Positions 50,432 to 59,519 of a stretch of 64,000 nucleotides of DNA are shown one piece after another. A program made the translations under genes and the position numbers. Origin of the DNA: an uncultured virus (IMG/VR IMGVR_UViG_3300045284_000132) (taxonomy: Duplodnaviria > Heunggongvirae > Uroviricota > Caudoviricetes); the IMG/VR virus record IMGVR_UViG_3300045284_000132; one strand, given 5' to 3'. The notes beneath the pieces are model-generated. The model saw nothing but the letters and a program-made list of their open reading frames with translations, had not been told where the DNA came from and ran no database searches. Every line of letters begins with the position of its first letter. Positions within the stretch are counted from its first letter, which is position 1.

Positions 50432-51219
50432 TGATGATCCGCATTCTACTAATACTCGCGGCGCTGCTGGCTGGCAGCAGCACGGCACAGGCGCAATGCT
50501 CGGGGCAACCGAATGCAAATCAGGTTTGCGCGGGACCGCCATCGGGCGGCGCAGGTTTGCCCGGATTTCGAGGACTAGTCGTCGGCGATATTCCCGGCAC
50601 GTATCCGCTCACGGTCAATAGCACGCCGATCGTGGGCGGCACATCCGGTCAACTTGGCTGGAACAACGCGGGCAAGTACAGCAACTTCGCGCCCGGTGGC
50701 GATTGCACGCTCACAGTTCCGAATTTCACTTGCACCAAAACGGGCGGTGTGTCGTTCGCCAACAGCGCCACGACGGACGCGACGAACGCGACCAATATCA
50801 ACGCGGGCACGCTCAGCACGGCACGACTCAATGCAGCGGTCGCGAATGACTTCCGCGCTGGCACAGCGAACAAGGTTCTGATCGCTGATCAGGTTTTTAC
50901 CAGCGAAGTCGTCATCAATCCCGGTGCAACGACGGTCATCGACTTCAGCACATTCATCAACGCGTCGATCACGCTTACCACAAACGTCACCACGTTTAAT
51001 TTCACCAATGTCAAAGCCGGTCAGGCAGGCGTGTTGCGATTTATTCAAGATGGCACGGGCACGCGCACCATTCCAGCAACTATCAATGCGATCATGAAAT
51101 GCGCTGGCGCGTGCAATTACGTTCTATCAACGGCGGCGAATGCTGTTGATGTTATCGGCTACACGTGCGTGTCAGCGACGTACTGCATCGGCGGCGCGTT
51201 GCTCAAGGACGTGAAATAA
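50428..51219 (+). CDS. Fibre-like protein with an N-terminal signal peptide
   Basis: MMIRILLILAALLAGSSTAQA|Q; C-terminal IQDGTGTRT...LSTAANAVDVI. Confidence 0.7.
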   Translation: MMMIRILLILAALLAGSSTAQAQCSGQPNANQVCAGPPSGGAGLPGFRGLVVGDIPGTYPLTVNSTPIVGGTSGQLGWNNAGKYSNFAPGGDCTLTVPNFTCTKTGGVSFANSATTDATNATNINAGTLSTARLNAAVANDFRAGTANKVLIADQVFTSEVVINPGATTVIDFSTFINASITLTTNVTTFNFTNVKAGQAGVLRFIQDGTGTRTIPATINAIMKCAGACNYVLSTAANAVDVIGYTCVSATYCIGGALLKDVK

Positions 51220-51223
51220 CATC

Positions 51224-53971
51224 ATGCGCTGGCGTGCACTGCAGAACGCTCTAACCATCGGAGCGCTGGGCGCGCTGCTGTCGCAAAGCACGTTCGCGCA
51301 ATTACCCGGCACACATTTATCTCCGGGTATGCGCTCAGCGGGCGTCGCTGCGATTCTTGATTGCATCGGCGGCACTGTCAGCTATTCGGGCGGCAATACA
51401 ATCCACAAGTTTACAACTGCAGGCTCGAATGATTTCTATTGCCCGACAACACGAACCGTCAACTATTTGTTGGTCGCTGGCGGCGGCGGTGGTGGGGGCA
51501 CTAGCTACTCGGGTGGCGGTGGTGCGGGCGGCATGCTCAGCAGCAGCGGCACTCTCAATGTCGGAACAAGCACAGTCATCGTCGGCGCGGGCGGCACGGG
51601 CGGCGCGGCTAGCGCGCGAGGTACGCAAGGATCAAATTCTTCCATAATAACTCCGGGTGGTGCGGGATCATGGTTCGCTGTCACGCCGAGTTACACAATC
51701 ACGGCTTATGGTTCTGGTTGGACAGGTTACGGAGCCTATACCCGATTTCTTACTACGAATTTTGCTGGCTCGGCTCCTGCTATCGGAACGCAGTTACGAG
51801 TCACGGTCGCGGGGTTGGCGGGAGCAAATGCCTTCACCTCAATATACTGCGGTCATGCTGGGGCGGGCGGCACAACGAGTTATGACGGCACTCAGGTTCA
51901 AATAAAGTTTGGCGGCAATGCTAACGTAGCGCTCCCGACATATCCAAGCACAACAGTTTCGGATGCCGTCAACTATTCATTCTCTAGCAGCAAAGATATT
52001 GTTTGCGGTGTTGGCTGGAATAGCGGCGGCTTCCTGCAAGTTACTCCAACAACAAATCAAAGCTCGCAGGTGCCCGGAGGGGGTGCGAGTGTTGGACTGA
52101 CAGCAGGCGGCAGCACGATTAACCAAGCCAACTTCCAATTTGGTCCCTTTGTTCTGCTCGAAGCCTTTAGTACGTCAACGATTGTCGCATCAGCAACAGG
52201 TGGTGGTGGCGGCGGTTCTTATTCGAGCTTCGTGCAGGGCGGCTCTGGCGGATCGGCGGGCGGCGGTTCGTATGGCTCAACATCTGCTGTTGCTGGAACG
52301 GCTGGTCAAGGAAACGCCGGCGGATTCTATGCGACTGGCGGATCAGGCGGCGGCGGCGCGGGCGCTGCAGGCGCTAACGGAACAAGCACGCAAGCTGGCA
52401 ACGGCGGCGCTGGGCTCGCATCAACAATAACTGGCGCGTCGGTTATCTATGCAGCGGGTGCTGCTGGTGGTGCGGCTTCGGGGCAAGCCGCAGGCACGGG
52501 CGGCAGCAGCATCGGCGGCAACGGCGGTGCATACTCGGCAGGCACGTGCACAAACGGCGCAGCAAATACTGGCAGCGGCGGCGGCGGCATTTCGGCGTCA
52601 GGCACAGCATGCAACGGCGGCAGCGGCGTCGTCGTCATCTCATACCCGTCCGGTGCACCGAATGTGAATTGTATTGGCGGAACCGTCACGACAAGTGGCA
52701 GCAATACGGTTCACAGTTTCACGACGCCCGGATCAGCAACAATCAGTTGCGTGACTGGAAAGGCGATCAACTATTTGGTCGTGGCTGGCGGTGGCGGCGG
52801 CGGCGGTCAGGATGGCGCAGGCGGCGGTGCTGGCGGCGCTCTAACTGGCACAGGAACATATCTCGCGCCCGATCCAACAACAATCACAGTCGGTGCGGGG
52901 GGTATTGGAGGGAGCAGCGCGACCGGGTCGAATGGCGCTAATTCCTTGATAGTCGGGATAGTTGCTGCTGTCGGCGGCGGTGGCGGGAAGGGTGCTGCGG
53001 CTGGCGCTGGCAACGTTGGCGGGTCCGCTGGCGGTAGCAGTAACAGCGCTACCGTGGCTGCTGGTACGACGGGACAAGGCAGTGCTGGCGGGGCCGGGGC
53101 AACGAGTGGAAACCTTGGTGCTGGCGGTGGCGGCGGCGCGACTGCTGCTGGCGGTGCCGGAACAACTACAGTCGGCGGTATCGGCGGCGCAGGACTTACT
53201 TCAACAATTTCCGGTTCGTCGGTTTGTTATGCTGGCGGCGGCGGTGGCGCTTTAGTCACCACAGGCAGCGGCGGCACTGCGACGTGCGGCGGCGGCGCAG
53301 GTGTGCTCAGCGGTACTGCCAACAATGGCACTGCTAACACTGGCGGCGGCGGCGGCGGTCAAGGTGCGACGAGTGTTGTTGGAGGTACTGGCGGCAGTGG
53401 CGTCGTCATCGTGTCTTATGTCACCGACTCAACGCAAGCGCCGCCAGCGGGAACATGGAAGCCGCTGATCACGACGCAGAGTCCTCCGAGTCTCGGCTCG
53501 GGGTTTACCAACTACCATCTGCGAACGCGCTACAATACTGCGGCGTATGTTGCTGGCGTTGCGAACAGCGGCAACATCCAGATACGAGTCACTGTCACTG
53601 GCGGCGGCACGACGACCAACTCGTTTAATGCGATGTACTGCGGTCATGCTGTTGCCGCCGATCCAAGTATGGATTTTGATGGCTCGCAGGTTCAAATCAG
53701 ATTTTCTGGCAATGCCAATCTCAGTTTGCCATCTGGCACGATTGTGTCTGACGCGGTGAATTATGCATTTGACAAAACGAAGGCTTTCATCTGTTCATAC
53801 AATTGGGCCGCTAGCAGCGTGGTATATGGGACGACGACGGGGCCAGCAGGAATAAACATGGGCAGCGCTGCTGGTACTGGTGCCAATGCCGGTGTTAGTG
53901 CGGCAGGTTTTAATGTGACCAACACCAGCTATAATTCAGTCGCCACACAAATTGAGGTATTCGGACCATGA
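51224..53971 (+). CDS. Large glycine-rich fibre/adhesin-like protein with an apparent signal peptide
   Basis: MRWRALQNALTIGALGALLSQSTFA|Q; two NYL(L/V)VAGGGGGG...GGSGVV domains; two YCGHA...DG.QVQI.F.GNAN...VSDAVNY domains. Confidence 0.8.
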   Translation: MRWRALQNALTIGALGALLSQSTFAQLPGTHLSPGMRSAGVAAILDCIGGTVSYSGGNTIHKFTTAGSNDFYCPTTRTVNYLLVAGGGGGGGTSYSGGGGAGGMLSSSGTLNVGTSTVIVGAGGTGGAASARGTQGSNSSIITPGGAGSWFAVTPSYTITAYGSGWTGYGAYTRFLTTNFAGSAPAIGTQLRVTVAGLAGANAFTSIYCGHAGAGGTTSYDGTQVQIKFGGNANVALPTYPSTTVSDAVNYSFSSSKDIVCGVGWNSGGFLQVTPTTNQSSQVPGGGASVGLTAGGSTINQANFQFGPFVLLEAFSTSTIVASATGGGGGGSYSSFVQGGSGGSAGGGSYGSTSAVAGTAGQGNAGGFYATGGSGGGGAGAAGANGTSTQAGNGGAGLASTITGASVIYAAGAAGGAASGQAAGTGGSSIGGNGGAYSAGTCTNGAANTGSGGGGISASGTACNGGSGVVVISYPSGAPNVNCIGGTVTTSGSNTVHSFTTPGSATISCVTGKAINYLVVAGGGGGGGQDGAGGGAGGALTGTGTYLAPDPTTITVGAGGIGGSSATGSNGANSLIVGIVAAVGGGGGKGAAAGAGNVGGSAGGSSNSATVAAGTTGQGSAGGAGATSGNLGAGGGGGATAAGGAGTTTVGGIGGAGLTSTISGSSVCYAGGGGGALVTTGSGGTATCGGGAGVLSGTANNGTANTGGGGGGQGATSVVGGTGGSGVVIVSYVTDSTQAPPAGTWKPLITTQSPPSLGSGFTNYHLRTRYNTAAYVAGVANSGNIQIRVTVTGGGTTTNSFNAMYCGHAVAADPSMDFDGSQVQIRFSGNANLSLPSGTIVSDAVNYAFDKTKAFICSYNWAASSVVYGTTTGPAGINMGSAAGTGANAGVSAAGFNVTNTSYNSVATQIEVFGP

Positions 53972-54399
53972 CATCATTTCCTGATGAGTTGGCGAAGCTG
54001 TTAGAGCAACGACTCCCGCCTGCAGAATTAGAGGCGAAGGCGATCGAGTTGCGGAAAAAATACGGATTGCCTATTCTGAAAGACACCGGCACTGATCAGT
54101 TTGGAAGACCGCTGCCGCCGCGCCCACCATCAACAAGTGACAAGTCATGACAGTCAAGCTGCTCATCGCGTTGAAAGCTGACGACACGATCTTGCTGCAA
54201 ATCTCCGAGAATGAAAAAGCCTTGGCGCACATTGCACTCGATCGCGTGCAAGCGCTCGCAATCGCCAACGAAATAAAAACGCTGGCAGAGCGCATAAAGC
54301 GTTGACAACTTTTCAAACTGATCTTGAAAAGCCTGCGCGAACCATGTAGCAAGGAATCGTTCACTCGACTTTCACTCAACACACACAAGGAGCTTTCCA

Positions 54400-54990
54400 A
54401 TGGCTGGAAGACCCGTCGTCATTATTGGCGAAATGTATGATCCGACGTTGAGCATTGGTGGAGGTCCGATGCCCGGTGGACCACCGCTTGGGATTTGGGG
54501 CGGAAGGCCGCCTCCTTATGTTGACATCGGTGGACCGCCGCCGCAGCCGGGTATTTGGCCGTCACCGGGACATCCTGCTCATCCGATCGCGCCCGGTGGA
54601 CCGCCGCTCGGCTTTTGGGGTGGTCGCCCGCCGCCGTATGTTGACATCGGAGGGCCGGGTCCGCAGCCCACGCCGACGCCGCCGATCTATTTCCCGCCGC
54701 CCGGTTCGCCGCCGCCGCTGGGGATTTGGGGACCGCCTGATATGCCTCCCGGTTATTGGGGTGGCGGGATGGGTCCGGGCGTGAAGCCGCAGCCGCATCC
54801 CGAACATCCGATCGTGCTGCCGCCGAATCTGCCACCGGAAATTCCACCTGAAGGCGGAGCCCCGGCAACGCCGATTGATTGGCACGTAGGATGGACGCCG
54901 CAGACCGGATGGATCGTGGTCGGCGTTCCGAATGTACCTCATCCCGTACCGGCAGCGGCAACCGGAGCACCGCAGCCGCCCAAGAAATAG
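54400..54990 (+). CDS. Pro/Gly-rich repeat protein
   Basis: GGPPLG(I/F)WGGRPPPYVDIGGP twice; SD AAGGAG; own terminator. Confidence 0.75.
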   Translation: MAGRPVVIIGEMYDPTLSIGGGPMPGGPPLGIWGGRPPPYVDIGGPPPQPGIWPSPGHPAHPIAPGGPPLGFWGGRPPPYVDIGGPGPQPTPTPPIYFPPPGSPPPLGIWGPPDMPPGYWGGGMGPGVKPQPHPEHPIVLPPNLPPEIPPEGGAPATPIDWHVGWTPQTGWIVVGVPNVPHPVPAAATGAPQPPKK

Positions 54991-55017
54991 CGGAGCAAAC
55001 AAACAACTTGCTGGGCA

Positions 55018-55050
55018 GGGCCGCATCACACCGATGCGGCCCTTTTGTTT
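55018..55050 (+). terminator. Intrinsic terminator
   Basis: GGGCCGCATC-ACACC-GATGCGGCCC-TTTTGTTT. Confidence 0.8.
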
Positions 55051-55283
55051 GATAGGGAGCAACGTCAATGACTGAGCCCGCACCTAAAACACAAATAATG
55101 CATTGCATCGTTGCCAAACTTCCCGGTGGCAATTTCTGGTCCGACAAATATGAAACTGCAGAGACGATGAATCATGTTCTTGAATGGTTAAGGGCGCGAC
55201 AGGTTGCTGATGTTTTAGTGTTCACCGATCCGTTGATCGTCCTCGAACCCACGGCAGAATCATCGAACGAATAGGCGCAACAA

Positions 55284-56282
55284 ATGGGACGCCCACTGAT
55301 CAAATACGGTTCGTATGGGCCGGATGTGTTGACCGTGCAGCAATGTCTTGACTGCGAACCGCTCGACTCTGACTTCGGCTCGATCACTGAGCAAGCTGTC
55401 GAGAGATTCCAGCGCGAGCAAGATTTGTCTGCCGATGGCATCGTGGGCACGGATACGTGGGAAGCGCTCGAACGCGAATTCGATCTTGAACCCTATCCGC
55501 CGCCGATGTTTCCGCCACTCACCGATCATCAAATAGATTCGATATGTGAGGTCGCCGACAAGAGCAAGATCGCTTCCTACAATTGGCATGACAGAGGCAC
55601 CGCGCCGGTCGGGTACACGCGCGGCATGGCTATCGCGTGGTCAACGGTCTATCGCAAATATTTGGCGGGCGACACAGCAGCGCTCGAAATGGCGAAAGCC
55701 GATACCTATGACGACAGCAAGGATGCGCTGAGTTGGTTTCGGTCTAACTACAATGCCATCGGCATGACGAATGATAAAGCTGGCCCTGATACACTGCGGC
55801 ATCTGTTCGTCATGCTGATGGGTCTCGGCATGCGCGAGTCATCCGGGCAGCATTGCGAGGGGCGCGATCAATCCGCGAGCAACACATCGAGCGACACGGC
55901 GGAAGCTGGTCTATATCAGCAGTCATCCAATTCGTTGTCGGCTTCGTCAGAGATGCAGAAATTATATGACGCATATCTGTCGAGCGGCGGGCTGGACGGC
56001 GAGCAGCCAATTTGTGCGCTCGGCATTTTCTCTGAGGACGTGAGTTGTAGTAGCTCCGATTGGGGATGCTACGGCAGCGGCAAGGGATTTAATTTTCAGA
56101 CGATGATCAAACACTGCCCGCAATTTGCAGTCGAGGTTTGCGGCGTTGGCTTGCGCGTGCTGAAGGATCATTGGGGTCCGGTGAAGCGCAAGGAATTGGA
56201 GCTTCGAACGGAAGCCGATGATCTATTCCGTTTGATACAACGATACATTGATGAGATGGGTTCTGACGCGCCGGTGTCGTGA
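55284..56282 (+). CDS. Peptidoglycan-binding domain plus putative lysozyme-like domain (endolysin 1)
   Basis: DFGSITEQAVERFQ...LSADGIVGTDTW; LGMRESSG...AGLYQ. Confidence 0.75.
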   Translation: MGRPLIKYGSYGPDVLTVQQCLDCEPLDSDFGSITEQAVERFQREQDLSADGIVGTDTWEALEREFDLEPYPPPMFPPLTDHQIDSICEVADKSKIASYNWHDRGTAPVGYTRGMAIAWSTVYRKYLAGDTAALEMAKADTYDDSKDALSWFRSNYNAIGMTNDKAGPDTLRHLFVMLMGLGMRESSGQHCEGRDQSASNTSSDTAEAGLYQQSSNSLSASSEMQKLYDAYLSSGGLDGEQPICALGIFSEDVSCSSSDWGCYGSGKGFNFQTMIKHCPQFAVEVCGVGLRVLKDHWGPVKRKELELRTEADDLFRLIQRYIDEMGSDAPVS

Positions 56283-56506
56283 TGGGCACAGTCGAGGAAG
56301 CAGGCGGCACAGCGCGCACGCTGATTTCTTCGCTCGCCTCGACGCCTGTGATCTTGGCACTTGTTGTGTTCAATCTGTTCTACATCGGCATGACGACGTA
56401 TCTGCAAGTCAAACAAAGCGAGCGCTTTGTTGCGAACCAAGAGATTTGGGAGCGGATGACGGAAAAGGCAATGGCAGCGTGCCAGCAGCAGACACCGAGG
56501 CAATAG
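56279..56506 (+). CDS. Small single-TM protein (holin-like)
   Basis: PVILALVVFNLFYIG; in the lysis module. Confidence 0.6.
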   Translation: MMGTVEEAGGTARTLISSLASTPVILALVVFNLFYIGMTTYLQVKQSERFVANQEIWERMTEKAMAACQQQTPRQ

Positions 56507-56509
56507 ATC

Positions 56510-56941
56510 ATGGGCATCGCAGAGGAAACCGGCAAAGCAGTCGGCGGCGTTGTCGATGCCTTTCGATCGACGCCTGCGATGCTCGCGATCATCATCATGA
56601 ACGTCGGCCTGATGTTGTTGCTCTATTATTATATGAACAGGATTACGACGCGCACCGAGATTACCCTTAAAGAGATGTACTCGGCAAACGACAAAATATA
56701 TCAGCAGTGGGCATCGGTACTCAAAGACACCAATGCGCTAACAGAAAGAGCCTTGCACTGCATTCTGCCTGACGATGCCTTGAAATTGTTTCAAGGTGGA
56801 GCACCACCACCGCGCTATGCGCCGCCTATGCCGGAAGCGCCGCGTGCTCCGGTGCAGCCGAATACCTTGCGGCGACGATCGCCAGTGTTCAAGGACATCG
56901 ACATTCCAGTGTTGTTGTTCGAGCCGATGAGATTCCCATGA
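56510..56941 (+). CDS. Single-TM protein, paralogous N-terminus to 56279
   Basis: STPAMLAIIIMNVGLMLLLYY. Confidence 0.6.
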   Translation: MGIAEETGKAVGGVVDAFRSTPAMLAIIIMNVGLMLLLYYYMNRITTRTEITLKEMYSANDKIYQQWASVLKDTNALTERALHCILPDDALKLFQGGAPPPRYAPPMPEAPRAPVQPNTLRRRSPVFKDIDIPVLLFEPMRFP

Positions 56942-57101
56942 GCATCGAGGAATTACAGGCGTCGCTGACACGCAAACAGGAAATCGATGCGCTGAAGGCA
57001 AATCAGCAGCAGTTTGTCGAGACGCATCGTTGGCTGATCCAAGCTGTCGAGTTGTTGCTACGGATACAAATCAAAAATGAACAACGCAAAGGAGGAGCAA
57101 A

Positions 57102-57800
57102 ATGAAAATCGCACTGTCGTCAGGCCACGGTAAATATATTCGCGGCGCGCGCGGATCGCCGGTGCCGCCGCAACTCGATGAAGTCGATGAGGCGCGTCGT
57201 GTTGTTGCTCGCGTCGCGGAGATGCTGAAGAAAACCAACGTTGGAATAGTAACGTTCAACGACGACACTTCACATTCCCAAAACGAGAATCTGAATACGA
57301 TCGTCGCTTGGCACAACAAACAAACGCGCGACTACGATGTAAGCTGTCACTTCAATGCCTTCGATCACACCGCGCACGGCACGGAAGTCCTGTACGTGTC
57401 GCAGCAATCGCTGGCGAAAAAAGTGTGCGATGCAATTGTCGGCGCTGGCGGTTTCACGAATCGTGGTGCCAAGTACAACGGAAATTTGGCGTTCTTGAAT
57501 GGCACGAACAAGCCAGCGATTTTGCTGGAAGTGTGTTTCTGCGACAACACTGCCGATTCAAACAAATACAATGACAAGTTTGATGCGATCTGCGAAGCCA
57601 TCGCGGAGTCGATCGGCGGCGAGAATGTTCCCGATGACGTACAGCCGACGCCACCAGAACCGGAGCCGCCACCGGCTGAGCTTGTGGTATCGGTCGCGAT
57701 CACTGCGCCGCCCGGAGTGATCGTCAACGTCATGCAATCGGTGAGTGGCGCGGCACCGCAAGATGTGAGCGCGCTTCAGAAGATTCCATCCGAGAGTTGA
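57102..57800 (+). CDS. N-acetylmuramoyl-L-alanine amidase (Amidase_3; endolysin 2)
   Basis: ALSSGHG, EVDEA, SCHFNA, GTEVLY, AILLEVCFCDN. Confidence 0.92.
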   Translation: MKIALSSGHGKYIRGARGSPVPPQLDEVDEARRVVARVAEMLKKTNVGIVTFNDDTSHSQNENLNTIVAWHNKQTRDYDVSCHFNAFDHTAHGTEVLYVSQQSLAKKVCDAIVGAGGFTNRGAKYNGNLAFLNGTNKPAILLEVCFCDNTADSNKYNDKFDAICEAIAESIGGENVPDDVQPTPPEPEPPPAELVVSVAITAPPGVIVNVMQSVSGAAPQDVSALQKIPSES

Positions 57801-57804
57801 CAAA

Positions 57805-57901
57805 AAGAAACGGCGGGCTGATGATGCCCGCCGCTCTTGTTTGTGTGATCGAGTGAGGACTGCGCGGGAGAGGCTGTCGGCAATCGACAGCCTCTTTTGT
57901 T
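57805..57901. terminator. Two hairpins between convergent units
   Basis: CGGCGGGC...GCCCGCCG-CTCTTGTTT and AGAGGCTGTCG-GCAAT-CGACAGCCTCT-TTT. Confidence 0.7.
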
Positions 57902-58363
57902 TTATGTCCCTTTGCGCGAGTCCATCTCTGCCTTGAAGTCATCAGGCGATCGACGTGACTTGCGCTTGCGCACGGCTGGAATTGCATCCCAGCTTTTCGC
58001 ATTGGCTTTCCCTTCCTCAGTGTTTTTCAATTCCGAGAGTGGGATCGCTGTCTGCGCCTTGACCTTGGGTGTTCTGCGCAGTGCAGCCGGAATGCCGTCA
58101 TCGGTTTGGTTTGCTGACACAGGCTCGATCGGTGACGGCTTCTGTTCTAATTTATTGGCGACCAATAAATTAGATTTGAATGCCTCGCTGTCGATCTTGT
58201 CGATCCGCTTCCCGATCCGCCGCACTGCTTGTTCCAGTCCGGGGATGGTTTTCGTGTCGAGCCTGATCAGCAATTTGATCGTCGCCTCACGCTTCGATTT
58301 GGCATTCTCAAGTTGACGTTGCGCACGCCGTAGGGCGGCGCGAGTCTTCTCGCGTCTGTCCAT
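57902..58363 (-). CDS. Basic coiled-coil hypothetical protein
   Basis: SD AAGGA; DDGIPAALRR motif. Confidence 0.65.
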   Translation of the reverse strand: MDRREKTRAALRRAQRQLENAKSKREATIKLLIRLDTKTIPGLEQAVRRIGKRIDKIDSEAFKSNLLVANKLEQKPSPIEPVSANQTDDGIPAALRRTPKVKAQTAIPLSELKNTEEGKANAKSWDAIPAVRKRKSRRSPDDFKAEMDSRKGT

Positions 58364-58685
58364 AGTGGTAAGTCCTTCTGTTGTCAAAAATCCCACCAGC
58401 GACTTGCTGATGTCACCAGCAACTATTTGCTGATGTGAGAGCATTATAGCATAGTGAGAATCGCTGATTGTTTGATCGATGATGAACAACAAACACTTAG
58501 CTCGACGCCATCATTGATGTTGTTGATAAAAATAAATCACCCGGATACCGTTTGCGAGAATCCGTCAATGTGGCGAGCAGTCATGAATCGAGGCGCGCGC
58601 AAAGCCATCATCATCTTTCTGATCGTCGTCGCGATCCTGATCGTGATGGCGTTTGTTGGAGCATACGTGTGAAGGAGAAAGCAAC

Positions 58686-58862
58686 ATGCCAATCGGTCTC
58701 GCGTTTTGGATTTTGATGTTGATCTGGGCGGTGTTCTCGCTCGCGGTGTTTGGTGGATATGTCGGCGGCACGTATGCGCTCGGCGGCGGCGCGTTGCTGC
58801 ACTTCGTGCTGTTCGGTTTGCTGGGGTGGAAATGCTTCGGCTCACCCTTGCGCAGCGGATGA
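58686..58862 (+). CDS. Small two-TM membrane protein
   Basis: MPIGLAFWILMLIW...LFGLLGWKCFG; SD AAGGAG. Confidence 0.7.
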   Translation: MPIGLAFWILMLIWAVFSLAVFGGYVGGTYALGGGALLHFVLFGLLGWKCFGSPLRSG

Positions 58863-58880
58863 AGAATAGAGCTTCAAGAG

Positions 58881-58999
58881 CTTTCATCGTCCTGAGTGTT
58901 TCCCCGCTAAGGACGAGAGAGTAGCCGGAACCCGATTCCCGGCTAGTTGCCTCCCAACTGATGCCCCTCTGCCCCTTGTGGCAGGGGGGCTCTTTTTTT
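58881..58999 (+). ncRNA. Putative sRNA with four hairpins and C-rich (anti-SD-like) loops
   Basis: Loops UUUCCC, CCCGA, CCUCC; ends in GCCCCUCUGCC...GGCAGGGGGGC-UCUUUUUUU. Confidence 0.55.
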
Positions 59000-59078
59000 G
59001 TGTGCGGAATTTCTAGCATATCTTGAATGCGCAAACCAGACTCGATAGCGTCATGATTCGGAATCAAGGGGAAATCCG

Positions 59079-59519
59079 ATGCGCCCGACTTATGAGAGCG
59101 CGGCAGATGGCTTCAAGGAAGATGTCGTCGCTACGCTATTCGCAAAATATGCCAACGCGCAGCAATTGAAAATCGGAGCGATCGGTCAGCATGCGCACGT
59201 CGATCGCTTGCTCTATCGTGAGTGTCACGTCATCGCGTTTTTTGAAATCAAGAATCGCAATGGCGGCTTCGGCGATTACCCTACATGGATTATCTCGGAA
59301 AAAAAGATCGAGGAATTGCGGCGTCTCAAAACAATTGTCTGCGTGCCAGTGTTCACCGTGTTCCATTTCAGTCGTTGTGACACGATCGCTTATATCGATG
59401 TCGATACACCGTATCAGCTTCAATCCAATTTCGGTCGATATGATCGTGGCGATCCGCATGATGTAGAAGCTGGCGCTGCGTGGGCGTGGCATCAATTCAC
59501 GACGATCAATGGAGCATAA
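59079..59519 (+). CDS. PD-(D/E)XK nuclease-like protein
   Basis: VDRLL...FFEIKNR. Confidence 0.6.
   Translation: MRPTYESAADGFKEDVVATLFAKYANAQQLKIGAIGQHAHVDRLLYRECHVIAFFEIKNRNGGFGDYPTWIISEKKIEELRRLKTIVCVPVFTVFHFSRCDTIAYIDVDTPYQLQSNFGRYDRGDPHDVEAGAAWAWHQFTTINGA

Noticed and set aside
46406..53971. Diversity-generating retroelement acting on fibre genes
   Set aside because: No reverse transcriptase and no near-identical TR/VR pair differing at adenines; the duplications are diverged at protein level.
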